Source of the DNA: Marsupella aquatica
Lineage: Eukaryota; Plantae; Marchantiophyta
DNA: 64,000 nt
Assembly (NCBI GenBank): GCA_973895155.1
Contig: OZ316899.1
Coordinates: 6,079,241-6,143,240, forward strand
Direction: 5' to 3'
Made by a program: the position numbers and the translations under genes. This document shows positions 49,004 to 60,608 of this stretch, in pieces (the first letter of the stretch is position 1; each line of letters opens with the position of its first letter). The notes under the pieces were generated by a model. The model saw only the letters and a program-made list of their open reading frames with translations. It was not told the origin of the DNA and did no database searches.

Positions 49004-49436
49004 CTGACAAGTATAGCAATTGGAAGGCGATTAGTAAAAACTTCACCAAAACCATCATTGATAATCCCTACCTAAACATATTAAAAAGAATTGACAGAAA
49101 AATACCTTTATGAGACCCGGGCTTAGCAATGCCTTGACGGATCTTGTGGCTCAAATTTCATGAACCAAATCTGGAAGGAGGGGAAAATCTGCCAATATAC
49201 AATGAATTAGGCCATGCCTTATGGTGAACCAGAAAAAAAGGATGATAGATTGTAACCCTCCATATTTACAACAATGACTAGAAATGCATGAGAAAACGTT
49301 ATACCTTTCAGATGCCCGGGCTCTCACAAGGCATTATCATGCATTAGCCAAAACTTTAAAAAACATGGGGAAGTGCCCTACAACACCAAAGAGTTTTCCA
49401 CTCCATGTTAATGAGATAGAGAAAGAAATATAAGTA

Positions 49437-49870
49437 ACCCAAACCCTACCCTAAACCCAAACCATGAAATGAAACCTTCATTAAAACCTAACCCAAATCC
49501 CTCAATCACCCTAAACCCTTACCCTCACCCTAACCAATACCCAAATCCCTCATTAAAAATTCAAACCTTTACCCTAAACCCAAACCCCTACCCTAAACCC
49601 AAACCATGAAATGAAACCCTTCATTAAAACCTAACCCAAATCCCTCAATCACCCTAAACCCTTACCCTTATCCTAACCAATACCCAAAACCCTCATTAAA
49701 ACTTCAAACCTTTACCCTAAACCCAAACCCCTACCCTAAACCCAAACCATGAAATGAAACCCTTCATTAAAACCTAACCAAAATCCCTCAAGCACCCTAA
49801 ACCCTTACCCTTATCCTAACCAATACCCAAATCCCTCATTAAAAATTCAAACCTTTACCCTAAACCCAAC
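49437..49870 (+). repeat. Three ~143-bp tandem units rich in CCCTAAA-like motifs, with degenerate extension to 50319 and 57238-57480
   Basis: CCATGAAATGAAACC recurs at 49462, 49604 and 49747. Strong C/A strand bias. Confidence 0.85.
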
Positions 49871-50582
49871 CCAAATCCCCCAATTACATATAAAACCCTT
49901 ACCCTATCTATACCTTACTTTACCTATATAGGCCAACCCCCACCCCTATAGTTATTCTAAACTTCACCCTAACCCCTAAATTGAGGCCCTTTTTTAAAAC
50001 TTAAGCAAAAATTGTACCCCCTCAATTAGAACCAAATCCAACCCTATATCATGTTACACCCCAACCCAAACACTTACATTAGAAACCCAACCCCTTTAAA
50101 AAAACCACAATTAAACCCCCCAACTAAAAACCAAACCCAATCCCTTTAAAAAACAACCACAATTCAACCCCTCAACTAAACCCAAACCCAACCCCTGTAA
50201 TTACTCACAACCTAATGCAAACCTCTACCTTGAACCCTAAGCCAAACCCATTAATTTAAACCCTAAGCCAAACCCATTAATTTAATTCAACCCTTTTATT
50301 CCAACCTAACCCAAGTTTTCCTTGGAATGGGAACATTTTTATAATTTTTGGTTCCCCCGTGAAAAGCCCCACGGGGAGGGCAAACAGACAGACCAGAAGG
50401 CCAGACCAAGCGACATAAAACAAAGCCGAACACACAGCGCACAGGCACACATCACCAGCGCATATCCCACAGCCCCCCGACCACCAAACAGTGGAAAAGG
50501 GAAAATCAATCACCAACACAAGCCCAAGCCCAACATAAGAGGGCATCCAACAGTCAGATCATCCAGGAAGCCACGGTCCCCC

Positions 50583-53500
50583 TCAAGCAAAAGAATTGAC
50601 AGCAATGCTGCCACTGCCTAGCCAAACCCTACGCAGGTCATCCATCCATGCCTTTGCCCGAATCAGGCAGGTGCACTTCCTGCCCGGGGGGCAGCGCCGA
50701 CTAACAGCAAAAGCGTTCTCCGCTGCCTCATTCAGAACAAGTCCCAAGTCAAACACCCGTCTCCCCCCCACCTGAAACATGTGAGTGTTCCTTCCCGTCC
50801 AGAGTCGCCACAGAATATGGTGCAAGACGAAGATCCGGGCCACTTGCACAGGCTCCTTCCCGCAGGCCGCCTCTAAAAGAGCCATCAGACCTCGTCCCAT
50901 TGGCAAGCCTAGAATCTGCAACGAATCCTGACAGAGTAGCCAGCAACGGACCGCATGTGTACAGTGGAAGAACACGTGGGGGATCGTCTCCAGCCATCCT
51001 TTGCAAAGCTTGCAATCTCCATTACTCACCTCCATTCTGAGCGCACGTGCCCCAGTGAAAAGGCCCCCTACAATAATCCTCCACACAAAGGTCTTGCCTC
51101 TAATCGGAAGATCAGACCCCCAAAGCTTAGCCCAACACATATTCCAGCGCATCTCAGGCCAGGACAGTGACCAGATCCGATTGAGGCGGTCATGGGATGC
51201 AGTCTTAGGCCTTAAGAAATCATACACTCTACAATTCTCGATTCTGAAGTCCTTCAGCGGCTCCGGTCTGTCTGTCCATCTCCACTGCTTGGCATACAAG
51301 TAGTATTCAGATCGGCAATTGTCTGCCCGCCAAAGGCACTCCAAGAACGAACGAGCCATCGTTCGATGCTCATCAGAAAAGCCACGCATATTGTGCCATC
51401 GTAGCGGTAGGTCCTTCCAACATCCATCCTCCGTCGACCATCCATCACCAATAGACCTCAATCCCAGCCTGCCACAAATCGCAGCAATCTCTACGAGGGC
51501 TTTATTTGGAAGGGAATTGAAGCCCACCATACACCTGAGGGTATCCATGATGCTCCACCGGGAAGGCGGCCCCGTCCGTCCAGGATCGAAGAATAAGTGG
51601 GCTCTCACTAGCTCCCAGCTTCTCCAGAGACCTGTCGTGTAGGGGAGCCCACTAAATGAACGAGGCGTGCACAGTAGCAGCCGGTCCTGGAAGGAGTATC
51701 CATTTTGCCTAATAATTTTGTAGTTCGTCCACCCCATCAATTTCAGGTTGGCTGCCAACATCCTAGACCATTCCGTCTCAGGCGCGTTAAGTGCCTTAGT
51801 GAACCATTGAGAGAGTAATGCATCAGAGTGACTACGGAAGTCCCGGAATCCCAGCCCCCCTTCCACACGTGGCAAAGCCATCCGATCCCAGGCCACCAGG
51901 GGGACCTTCCGTCCTCCAGTGGCATTATATCCCCATAAAACTCCCTGCTCAGAGCAATCATCTTCTTCGCCAGGCCTACAGATGCCTTGCAATACATTAC
52001 ATGGTAGATCGGGATAGCAAGTAGTACCTGTTTGACCAGTAGTGAACGGCCAGTAAAAGAAAGAAGTTTGTTGGACCAAACAGAAAGTCTGGCACAAATC
52101 TTATCCAAACAGAATTTGTGCAGTTGTTCCGTGCTCAAACTCTCCCCAAAAGGTGCCCCCAGGTATTTCTGTATCTCACCTCTTCGGCTGATAAGGCAGC
52201 CTGTGTTGTTCAGCCACTCTGGGATCCTTTCCAATGCCAATGGGATCACAACGGATTTCTTCAGATTCAGTCGCGCCCCACTAGCCATCTCATAGCATTC
52301 TAGAGCAGTGGTTGCTTCCTCAAAGGCACGCTCTGTGGCCGGGATAAACATCCCAACATCATCCGCAAACAGTCTATAGCAGATAGTGAATCCAGGGGTG
52401 ATCTGCAGTCCACAAAGTCGGCCCTCCGCCATCTCAGTATCGAGAAAGTCCATAAGAGGTTGCGTGGAGATGACAAACAACAATGGTGACAGTGGACAGC
52501 CCTGTCTTACCCCTCGTTTAAGCTCAAATGTGTTTGATAGTAATCCGTTCACCAAGGCCCTGGAAGATGCCTGTGCTAGCAGGGCCCTGACCAGCATAGT
52601 GAAGCGTCCGCTGATGCCCAGTAGGTGCATGCATTCCCATAAGTAGTCATGTGAAACACGGTCAAAGGCCTTCTCGAAATCCAGTTTTAGGAACAATGCC
52701 TCTCTCCTCTTGTTGTGCACCCAGTCACATGTAAGCCAGGCTAAGGAAATATTTTCAAGAATGTGTCTTCCAGGTATAAATCCAGTCTGTTGCGGGCTAA
52801 TAATCATGTGTAGAATCGGTTTGAGTCGTATAGCGAGGATCTTGGCAATGAGCTTGTATATAGTATTTAACATTGTCAAAGGGCGCCAGTCCCTTAAAAA
52901 CCGTTTATCAGGTTTCTTGGGTATGAACTTCACAATTCCTTCACAGATTCCAACGTCCAAAGCCCCCGTAAGCCAGAACTCCTGTATCATATCCACCAGA
53001 TCTTGCCCGAGAAACTCCCAGCATGCTCTGTAGACCTCAGCTGTCATGCCATCCGGTCCCGGCGTTTTATCACAAGGCAGGAGCCACAGCACCTCCTTCA
53101 CCTCCTGGTATGACGGGAGTCTCTCCATCCTCAAATTCTCCGCTCCAGAGAGTGCAAACCTCGTGTTGCCAAGCAGTCTGTCTCTAGCCACACGAACCTC
53201 TTCCAACTCCGCTTCCAATCGCGGCTCAGGCGAGTATAATGTTTGGCAGAACCTTTCTACCTCCTTCAGGATTTCTCCAGGGTCAGCTACTGTACTCCCG
53301 TCCTCCCTATTCAGGGAAGGCATGGACTCACGAGATCGCTTAGCCCTCACTGTAGCAAAGAAAAACTTTGTTGACTCGTCTCCTTCACTTAACCACTTAA
53401 TTCTGGCTAGCCGTCGTCCTCTGTGTGCTTCCTCCAACTCTGAAGCATGTAGAGTGTCTTCCGCGTCCATGAACTCTGCAATGTCTCCCTCTGAATGGTG

Positions 53501-54502
53501 TTCTATAATGGCCATCTTAAGAACTCGCAACTGAGCTCGCTGAGCTGCCATCTCCATCTCAGTTGTCCTTGGTTGGGCTTGAATTTCCTTCAATGTTTGA
53601 CGCATTTTCCAGCTGCCCTTAGCAAAGCGCAGCCGCGGGTCCACAAAATCTCCTCGTCCCACCCTCCAAGCAGCCTCCAACCGCAGAATGTCCTCCCTTC
53701 TCCGCAGAAACGCCGGGTTGGCCATGAAGAGACGCACTTTGCCTCTCTCCACCGTCTCTGTCAGTCCAGAGAGCTGCACATTCAACATAACAGGATCATG
53801 ATCCGAAAGGGCTGAGCCCCCGTCATGCAGGAGTTCCACCTCACGAAGCCATTCTCCCCTTTCACTAACATAAATCCTGTCGAGTCGAGACTGTGACATC
53901 TCTCCATTCCGATTCCTTCTCCACGTGAAGCGCGGGCCAGCAGCTCCTCCCCTAATGTCCCACGCGTCTGTCAAATTAAATCTCATCTTCAAGAATCTCC
54001 AAAAATCAGCCTCTCTACCGCGGATCAGCGGCGATGTACCAGTCGAGTCCGTTCTGCGTTCCGTCATATTGAAGTCACCACACAGCACCCAGTCATTGTG
54101 TGGTAGCATCACCTTTAGATCATTCCATAGCAGAGCTCTTAGTCTAGCTGAATTGGGAGCATATATACACGCAACTCCGAAGGTCACCGCTCCCTTCTCG
54201 ATCACAGCCCATACCGTCCTTCCCATATCCAGTGTTCCCGAGCCCACCACCCTCAGCTCAGGGTGTACCAGTAGTGCCGTTCCTCCCTTTCCCTCCTCCG
54301 GCTCAGAAGAAAAGTGCTGATATGATGGGAGAATAGCCCGCAGAGCCATATCAAGTCTAAATTGATCAGCTTTCACTTCTTGAAGGGCCAGAATCCCCAG
54401 CGGTACCTTCAGCGATCTTACCCAATTCTTAACAATATGCTTACGGTTAGGCTCACAAAGTCCACAAATGTTCCAGGATGCCACCCTGAGCCTTCCGTCC
54501 AT
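50583..54502 (-). pseudogene. LINE ORF2: APE endonuclease, reverse transcriptase, zf-RVT; one frameshift near 51950
   Basis: SWNICG, LQE, GDFN, RLDR, SDH (APE); PGPDG, KLDFEKAFD, GVRQGCPLSP, FADD, KYLG (RT); CKLC...ETIPHVFFHC. Confidence 0.95.
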
Positions 54503-54556
54503 CCTCCTACTATGCCAAAATTATATCCTGGCACAACCACCCCCCATCCTTGCGTC

Positions 54557-56722
54557 TCATAGTCTATTCCGTCCCCCGGGAGACATCCCCGTCACATCGC
54601 GACCCATAGGTCCACTCAAATATCCATTAATAGAGCCAGCAGGAGAGACACGCATGGGGGATGCTATATGCGCCACTCCACCGCCAAAAGGAGCATTCCC
54701 CTGGACCCTCGCATCACAATCGCTCCCTCTAGGAATGGTGAGCAGCAGTCGCTTGTGCATTGTAATCCCGTCCGCACTTCCTACATCAGACATGGCACCA
54801 CGTGAGAATCTAATTGATCTTTGCTTCTTAGCCTCACCATTGGCCTTCTCAGTCCTTTCAGAGGGCGGTGTGCGAAGTTCTTGCTTGCGGGCTCTAGCTT
54901 TGAATTTGCTGTGTGAAATATAAGCTTCATATTCAGACATCTCCGCATCAGATTCTTCGTGAAAGGAGAAGGTCTCATCATTTCCATCACGCGAATTGGG
55001 AGTAGTAAGGGCTTCAATTCCTTGTTCCACTGAATTTCTCTAAGTAGTCCGTCGCCCAATTGACGGGACAACGACAGCCAGTAGTGGAATCCTGGCAGCC
55101 TCTGTGTCTTGTGAGTCCTCCATGCAGACAGCCCGCCCAGGCATCAAGAGAAAATCAGCACTTCTCTCCCTGGTTCCCGAAGAGAAAGCCGCCACCCGCA
55201 AATCCGGGTTCTCCCGCAGCAGCGGCCCCGAGTCCCGCCCAGCCATCTCCCCAGGAACCGGACTAACAATTAGCAACTCCACCTGAGCGATATCCTCCTC
55301 CACTGAAAAGGGTACCTCCAGCACAGGAGGCACCATGGCTCCCCGAAAAATAGCACGTGCTTCAGCATTTTCTTTAGCCCTCAACACCTCCTCCTGATCA
55401 GCCTCAGAGTGTCTCTCATCATCTTTCTCGTCCGGCGGGTCCGCTCCCGTCCGTAGAGCACCGGCAGTCTCCAAGATTACTTTACATTCACGGGCCAGGT
55501 GACCTCTTTGGTTGCATCGAAAGCAGTGATAGGGGATATTTTTAAACGTCACCGGTTGCCAGATAATAATGTCATCACGAATTCGAATCTTCACACTGGC
55601 AGGGACTTCCCTGTCCGTGTCCCAAAGGATGCAAGCCCGATCGTGGGGATATGAACTGAATTCGTTCCCCTGAATGTAGTACAGCAGAGTCCCTAGAGAG
55701 CACGCAATCTTTCTTCTACAGCCCTCTAGTGCAAGGTCCCTAAACGGTATCTCAATCCACACTGGGAGCTTCGTGAAGTTCTCACATTTAACATCAAAGG
55801 ATGGATCCCATGGGAACGTGTATATAAATCGTCTCTCCATAAACCATGGTGCATAGTTGAGTGCCAGATCCCTGTGATTAGGATCCTCAAACACTATCAT
55901 GTAAAAGTTCTTCCCTACGAATTTAACCTGAAGTACCGGCCATCCCTCCTGGTTTGTCATCACTTCGTCTACCCATGCTCTAAAATCATTGAGGAGCGGC
56001 GTTCTTCCCGTGAAGTAGCATATGAGAGCGCAATTATATAGTTGTCTCACATTACGAGCTGCTTCCGGTAGGTTCCATTCCACTTCTGCAAAGAGTCTCT
56101 TGTCAAGATCACCTTTGGACCTGATCGCAATCTCGCGCAGGATCTTGATACACTCTTCAGATTCGTCATCCTCCACGGGCGCGTCCTGCATCTCCACATT
56201 TTCTTGTGGCACCTCACTCCCCACCATTGCATCCTGGTTAACCTCATACGCCCCTCTTCCAATTGTTCCACGCCCCCAGTGCAGAGCTTCGCCTTCCTTC
56301 TCCCCTGCTCCATCCCCCTCCTGCAGGTTCTGAGGCAATTCCATTCCACTCACCGACTGCACCTTAGGTCCAGGTCCATTCACCGGACGCTCATTCCCAT
56401 TCAAGTAATACAACTGAGATCTGGCCGCAGTTGTCTCCCCCAAATTCGGGTCGTTCCTCCCAGAGCGCGCATCTTGCGCAGAGAATCCAATAGCAGGTCC
56501 ACTGACCATAACACCCCGCGCAGGTGATCGCCCCACAGCTTCACCGGGTATCCCCCCCACCTCAAGCCTTGCAGCAGGCTCCCCTTGTGTCCTCCGATCT
56601 ACTCGTCCACCAGCTAAGCGTCCCCCCCTCGTGCTCCTGCGGCTCGAGGGTCCATAATAGTCTATCCCCTGTTCCTCCATGATACAAGTGGCCTTCCTTG
56701 ACTCTACAGCCTTTGCATCCAA
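54557..56722 (-). pseudogene. LINE ORF1 (DUF4283-like RRM region + CCHC knuckle), one in-frame stop at 55040
   Basis: APWF, PVWIEIP, CFRCNQRGHLAREC. 54557-55030 is in the same frame. True start uncertain. Confidence 0.88.
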
Positions 56723-57789
56723 TTAGGAATAAAATAGTCAAGGTCTTCTTGTACTCACCAGAAGATTCGACGATGGCTCGAAGTCCCGCTGCCACTCCAC
56801 ACCTCCTCGTCTCCAAGGCGCACCAAGGTCAGTCCTTCTTCTCACCGCTGTGTATGCCCGCCCATCCTTCTATTCGCAGGTTACGACGTTGAAACAGCTC
56901 TCAGCTCGTCCCTATTCTCTCTCCTCTCGCTGCCAAACCTTCATACAGAATCGTCTCACCACTCCATCCCAGGTTATGAGAAACGGAGAGTGGCATCAAA
57001 AAGTCTCCACGCCATGAATGAATAAGCCACGATTGTCGAGGACGTCCCACTGTCCCGTGCTCCTTTGATCCTCTTCAGCTAAAAGGCCTTCCCTCACACC
57101 TCCGTAAGCGATTACCTCCCATCAAGTCCCCGCAGCACCTCCCCTCTGGAAGAGACCATTCTTGGTCACATCAACCAGCCAGCACAACCACATACGGAAA
57201 ATTGATCCTCCCAATCCCATCTACCATCAGTCCGCTTACCTAACCCAAGTTTTAACCCCCTTAATTAAACAAAATACTCCTAGATTAAAACCAAATATAA
57301 ACCTAACCTTTAATTAAACCCAAACCTTTGTTAACTTATATTCTAGTTATCCTTACAACCCAAACATCCATTGACACCCCTTCCATGTTAACTTATGGGC
57401 ACTTAACATACCTTAAATGTCGTTTGACAAACCTTAATAGCCGTTTGACACCCCAAAGTGTTTTCCAACCCTAAACCGATAAGACCTACCTCGCAAATTA
57501 TTTCACAAGTTAGAGAATCTTTTTGCAAACCTCCGGCCTTCGCACTTACTTCGCAAAAACAGAGGCCGAGAACAATTTGTTGGGTCTTCTGCGGGTTGCG
57601 ATGGCCTTGCGAAGGGAATAGATTCGGAAGTGCCTCGCAATTTCCCATGCGTATGTCATTGCAAACCCATTTTTGAACAGCGTAAACATCGGCGGGAGCT
57701 CGCATTCGGGCTCATTTCAGTTTTTGAGCGAGACGAGAAGGGCCGGGGCGCACGCGACAGGACGAGGGAGACGGTGAGAGAGGGGAGCC

Positions 57790-59824
57790 ATGGCTACCGG
57801 TGAGGGGAGTGGAGGGCAAGGTGGTAGTGGTAGTGGTAGTGGCAATGGGGGAAATCCAGAGAAAGAGAAGAATGCCTGGGCAGACTTAGTGGCCCAACAT
57901 CTCAGTGCTGCACAATTGGGAGAAGTGAATCTCAATTCTCCAGCAGGGCTTGCCTCTTTGAGTGCCATTCTTAGACAGGTTTTGCAAACTGGGATTGTAG
58001 CAGGACAAGCTACTAGAGAGGGGGAGGAGAGGGCCGCAGCTGAAGAGAAGGCTAGAGAGAAAAAAAGGAAGAGAGAGGAAAGAACTAAGTCGGGAGTTGC
58101 CTCTCCTCAAGCCCTAGAGAAGCAAAAGAGAAGAGAGGAGAGAGATTCAATTCGAAAACAGAGGGAGGAGCAACGTCAAAAAGAGGAAGCAAGAAAAAAA
58201 CTTCCATTCATTGCCTTGGAGACGAGTGGGACTCCAACTGAGCTAGCGTATGCAGGGGCTAAGAGCACAATCAAGCAGATTATCACAAGCAATTTCTCAC
58301 GAGGCATGCAGTGGGGGAAGATTGAGAAGGCAGAGCGAAAGAGGGTCATCAACCAAATCAAGGATGCATTTCGCAATGGGCCTGACATAGATGAGCAATG
58401 GTTGGCAGATAAGATTTCAAATTCTATGTCTAAATGCGATACCATGATAGGATGAAGATTAGAGCCCACCTGAAAGACTTGAGATCATACAGGAACTTGC
58501 ACAGACCCCTCCACTTCACCGAGGACATCTGGAATTAGTTTTACAAGATTGAGGTGCAAATTAAGGCTCTTCACGAGTTGGAAGAGTGGAAGGGCAATCT
58601 AGATCGAGCCTTGAAAGCAAAGGAGGCCGGAAAGCTCCCCCCTGACCACGACCTGAAGCCACTTGAGCAGAAGGTAGCTGAGATGCAGAAGGTGGCCGAC
58701 CAAGAGGGAAAGCCACCCAAGCGTTTCACAGATGCAGCCAAACGAGTGAAATCCACCCCCAATCCAGTCCACAAGTTGGGTCAAGGCGGGCTCCCCGACC
58801 TCAAGTCACACTTTGTGAGTGCCTCTTGCTCCTCCCTAACCTCTCTATTCCTTTCAGAGTTGTGCAATGCAAGTGAATGATATCCCCGAATGTTCTTGCT
58901 GTTGTGCATGCTTGCTTGGTTACTAGTTTAGGGCAACTCTGACACTTAGAATTTTTGGCAAATTTTTGAAAACTCTCGGGAACACAGTTTGCAAAGGTGT
59001 TGCGATGCACATTTGTTCGCAAACCCCTCGCAAAGTCTATCATGGACTTTTTCCATTTCAATTTTCCGATGCCTTTGTGAACAAATGCGCATTGCAAACT
59101 CCATCGCAACGCCTTCGCAAAAAATGTGGTTTGCAAGTTGCCATGCTTATAGGTTCGCAAATTTGAATTTTAAATTTTTTTGGGGTCGTGTTTAGTAGTT
59201 GAGGATTTAGGCGTCACTTGTGGCTATAGGGTATGCTTAAGGGCAAATTTAACCAATTTTAATTGGTTTTATGCATGGCAGTATCGGAGGTACAAAAGGA
59301 AGATATCAAAAAAGCATATTGAGGTGGCGATAGAGCATGGACGAAAGTACCTCTTTGCGATGGTAGATGCCGAGTTGGCTACTGTAAGTGTCTAAGTGTG
59401 AACCATATGATTAGCATGCGAACATTGTGAGTGACCCTTTATGTCTTGCGGAAACTAATGATATGTAATGGATGCAGGATTTGGATGAGCCTGAGGGGTC
59501 GGGTGCTGATGTGAGCAGTAGTGATGACGATGAGGGGGCTACTCCTGGTACTAGTGGTGCTCGGGGGGGGAGTAGTCGTGAGGTAGGTTCTTCCCACCGT
59601 GGTAGTGGTGGTAGTCGTGTGTCATCAGCACACGTTGATGACCAGGGGTAGGAGGAGGACCCTGAGGATGAGGAGGAGGAGCAGGAGGGGCAGGAGGAGC
59701 CAGAGGAGCAGCAGGAGCAGGAGCGCCAACGGCCATCACCCGTCACCAACAGGATCCCCGGAAGGATAAGGGCAAGAAGCCAGCCAAGAAGCCAACCAAG
59801 AGGAGCCGCAAGAGCCCATTCTAG
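57790..59824 (+). pseudogene. CACTA second gene, TnpA/Transposase_24-like; approximate exons 57790-58814, 59282-59383, 59478-59824
   Basis: Inside the TIRs. RP....DIW..F and HKLGQGG motifs are reminiscent of Ptta/En/Spm proteins. GTGAG/GTAAG donors, acidic and basic C-terminal tail, frameshift near 58440. Confidence 0.6.
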
Positions 59825-60039
59825 TTATTTTGTAGAGATACATGCATGAGAGTGACTTGTCATGTCGGAGCTTAGGGTAGGAAGAGGCAACATAGGTTTA
59901 GAAGGGCGGACCTAGCATCAGATATTTCCCCCCTCTTGTCCATGTATAGGGTTCTTTGAAGCCCTATCATTTTGTTCATGCTTTTCCATTTTATAAAACA
60001 ACAATTTTGCCTTCCACATTGGGTCCCAAGGAAAACCCT

Positions 60040-60600
60040 CGCAAATAATGTATTGAATCCTCTGTGATCATAATTTTGCAAACCCTTTAAGAACTCATTC
60101 CCATCGCACAATATAAACCCCAAGGCATCGCACTTTTTGAGTCAATTAACTTCAGAACTTCAGATCCAAATATGTCGGGTTTTTGTGATACTTCTAGGAT
60201 CGCACTTTCCTAATCGAAACCGTTCACAAACTTCTGAAATCACTGGTATCGCTCTTTGTCATACAATCCCCATCAAAACAATTGAACCAGTATCTTTCGC
60301 AATTATGATGTGATGGTAAATCCTTCTCTAATATCGACGCCCGCGCAGGACGTGTGCGTGTATGTTTGCGAACCTTATGCGATGTATAATGGATCGCACA
60401 AGTATTGAATCTTGCGAACCTCTCAGCTTTGCAGTTTGCCATGGTGTTGCAATGCCGTTGTGATGGTCCACGTGCGAAGTTATTAGGTTCGCAAAGTGCA
60501 AAGGTGGTGCGATGCGCGTATGTTTGCAATGGCTTGAATTATGAAAATCAGGGGCTTGTTAGTTGCGATGAGATTGTCTTCGCAAAACCGGTCGATAGTG
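60040..60600. repeat. CACTA right subterminal repeats (TCGCAA/TTGCGA motif)
   Basis: Same motif as the left end, in both orientations. Confidence 0.75.
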
Positions 60601-60608
60601 TTGTAGTG

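Larger units (their letters stand above)
50320..57237 (-). mobile_element. Full-length L1-clade LINE
   Basis: 16-bp TSD ACCTAACCCAAGTTTT (50304-50319, 57238-57253), with 5' UTR, ORF1, ORF2 and 3' UTR. Confidence 0.95.
43670..60608. mobile_element. CACTA/EnSpm DNA transposon (16.9 kb including the nested LINE)
   Basis: Termini CACTACTACA... and ...TGTTGTAGTG, 3-bp TSD AAT (43667-43669, 60609-60611), TCGCAA-rich subterminal repeats, TnpD-type transposase. Confidence 0.95.

Noticed and set aside
49437-50319. True telomere, interstitial telomeric array or CRISPR-like array
   Set aside because: The motifs are degenerate and embedded in ~143-bp units inside a transposon. There is no pure (CCCTAAA)n and no repeat-spacer structure.
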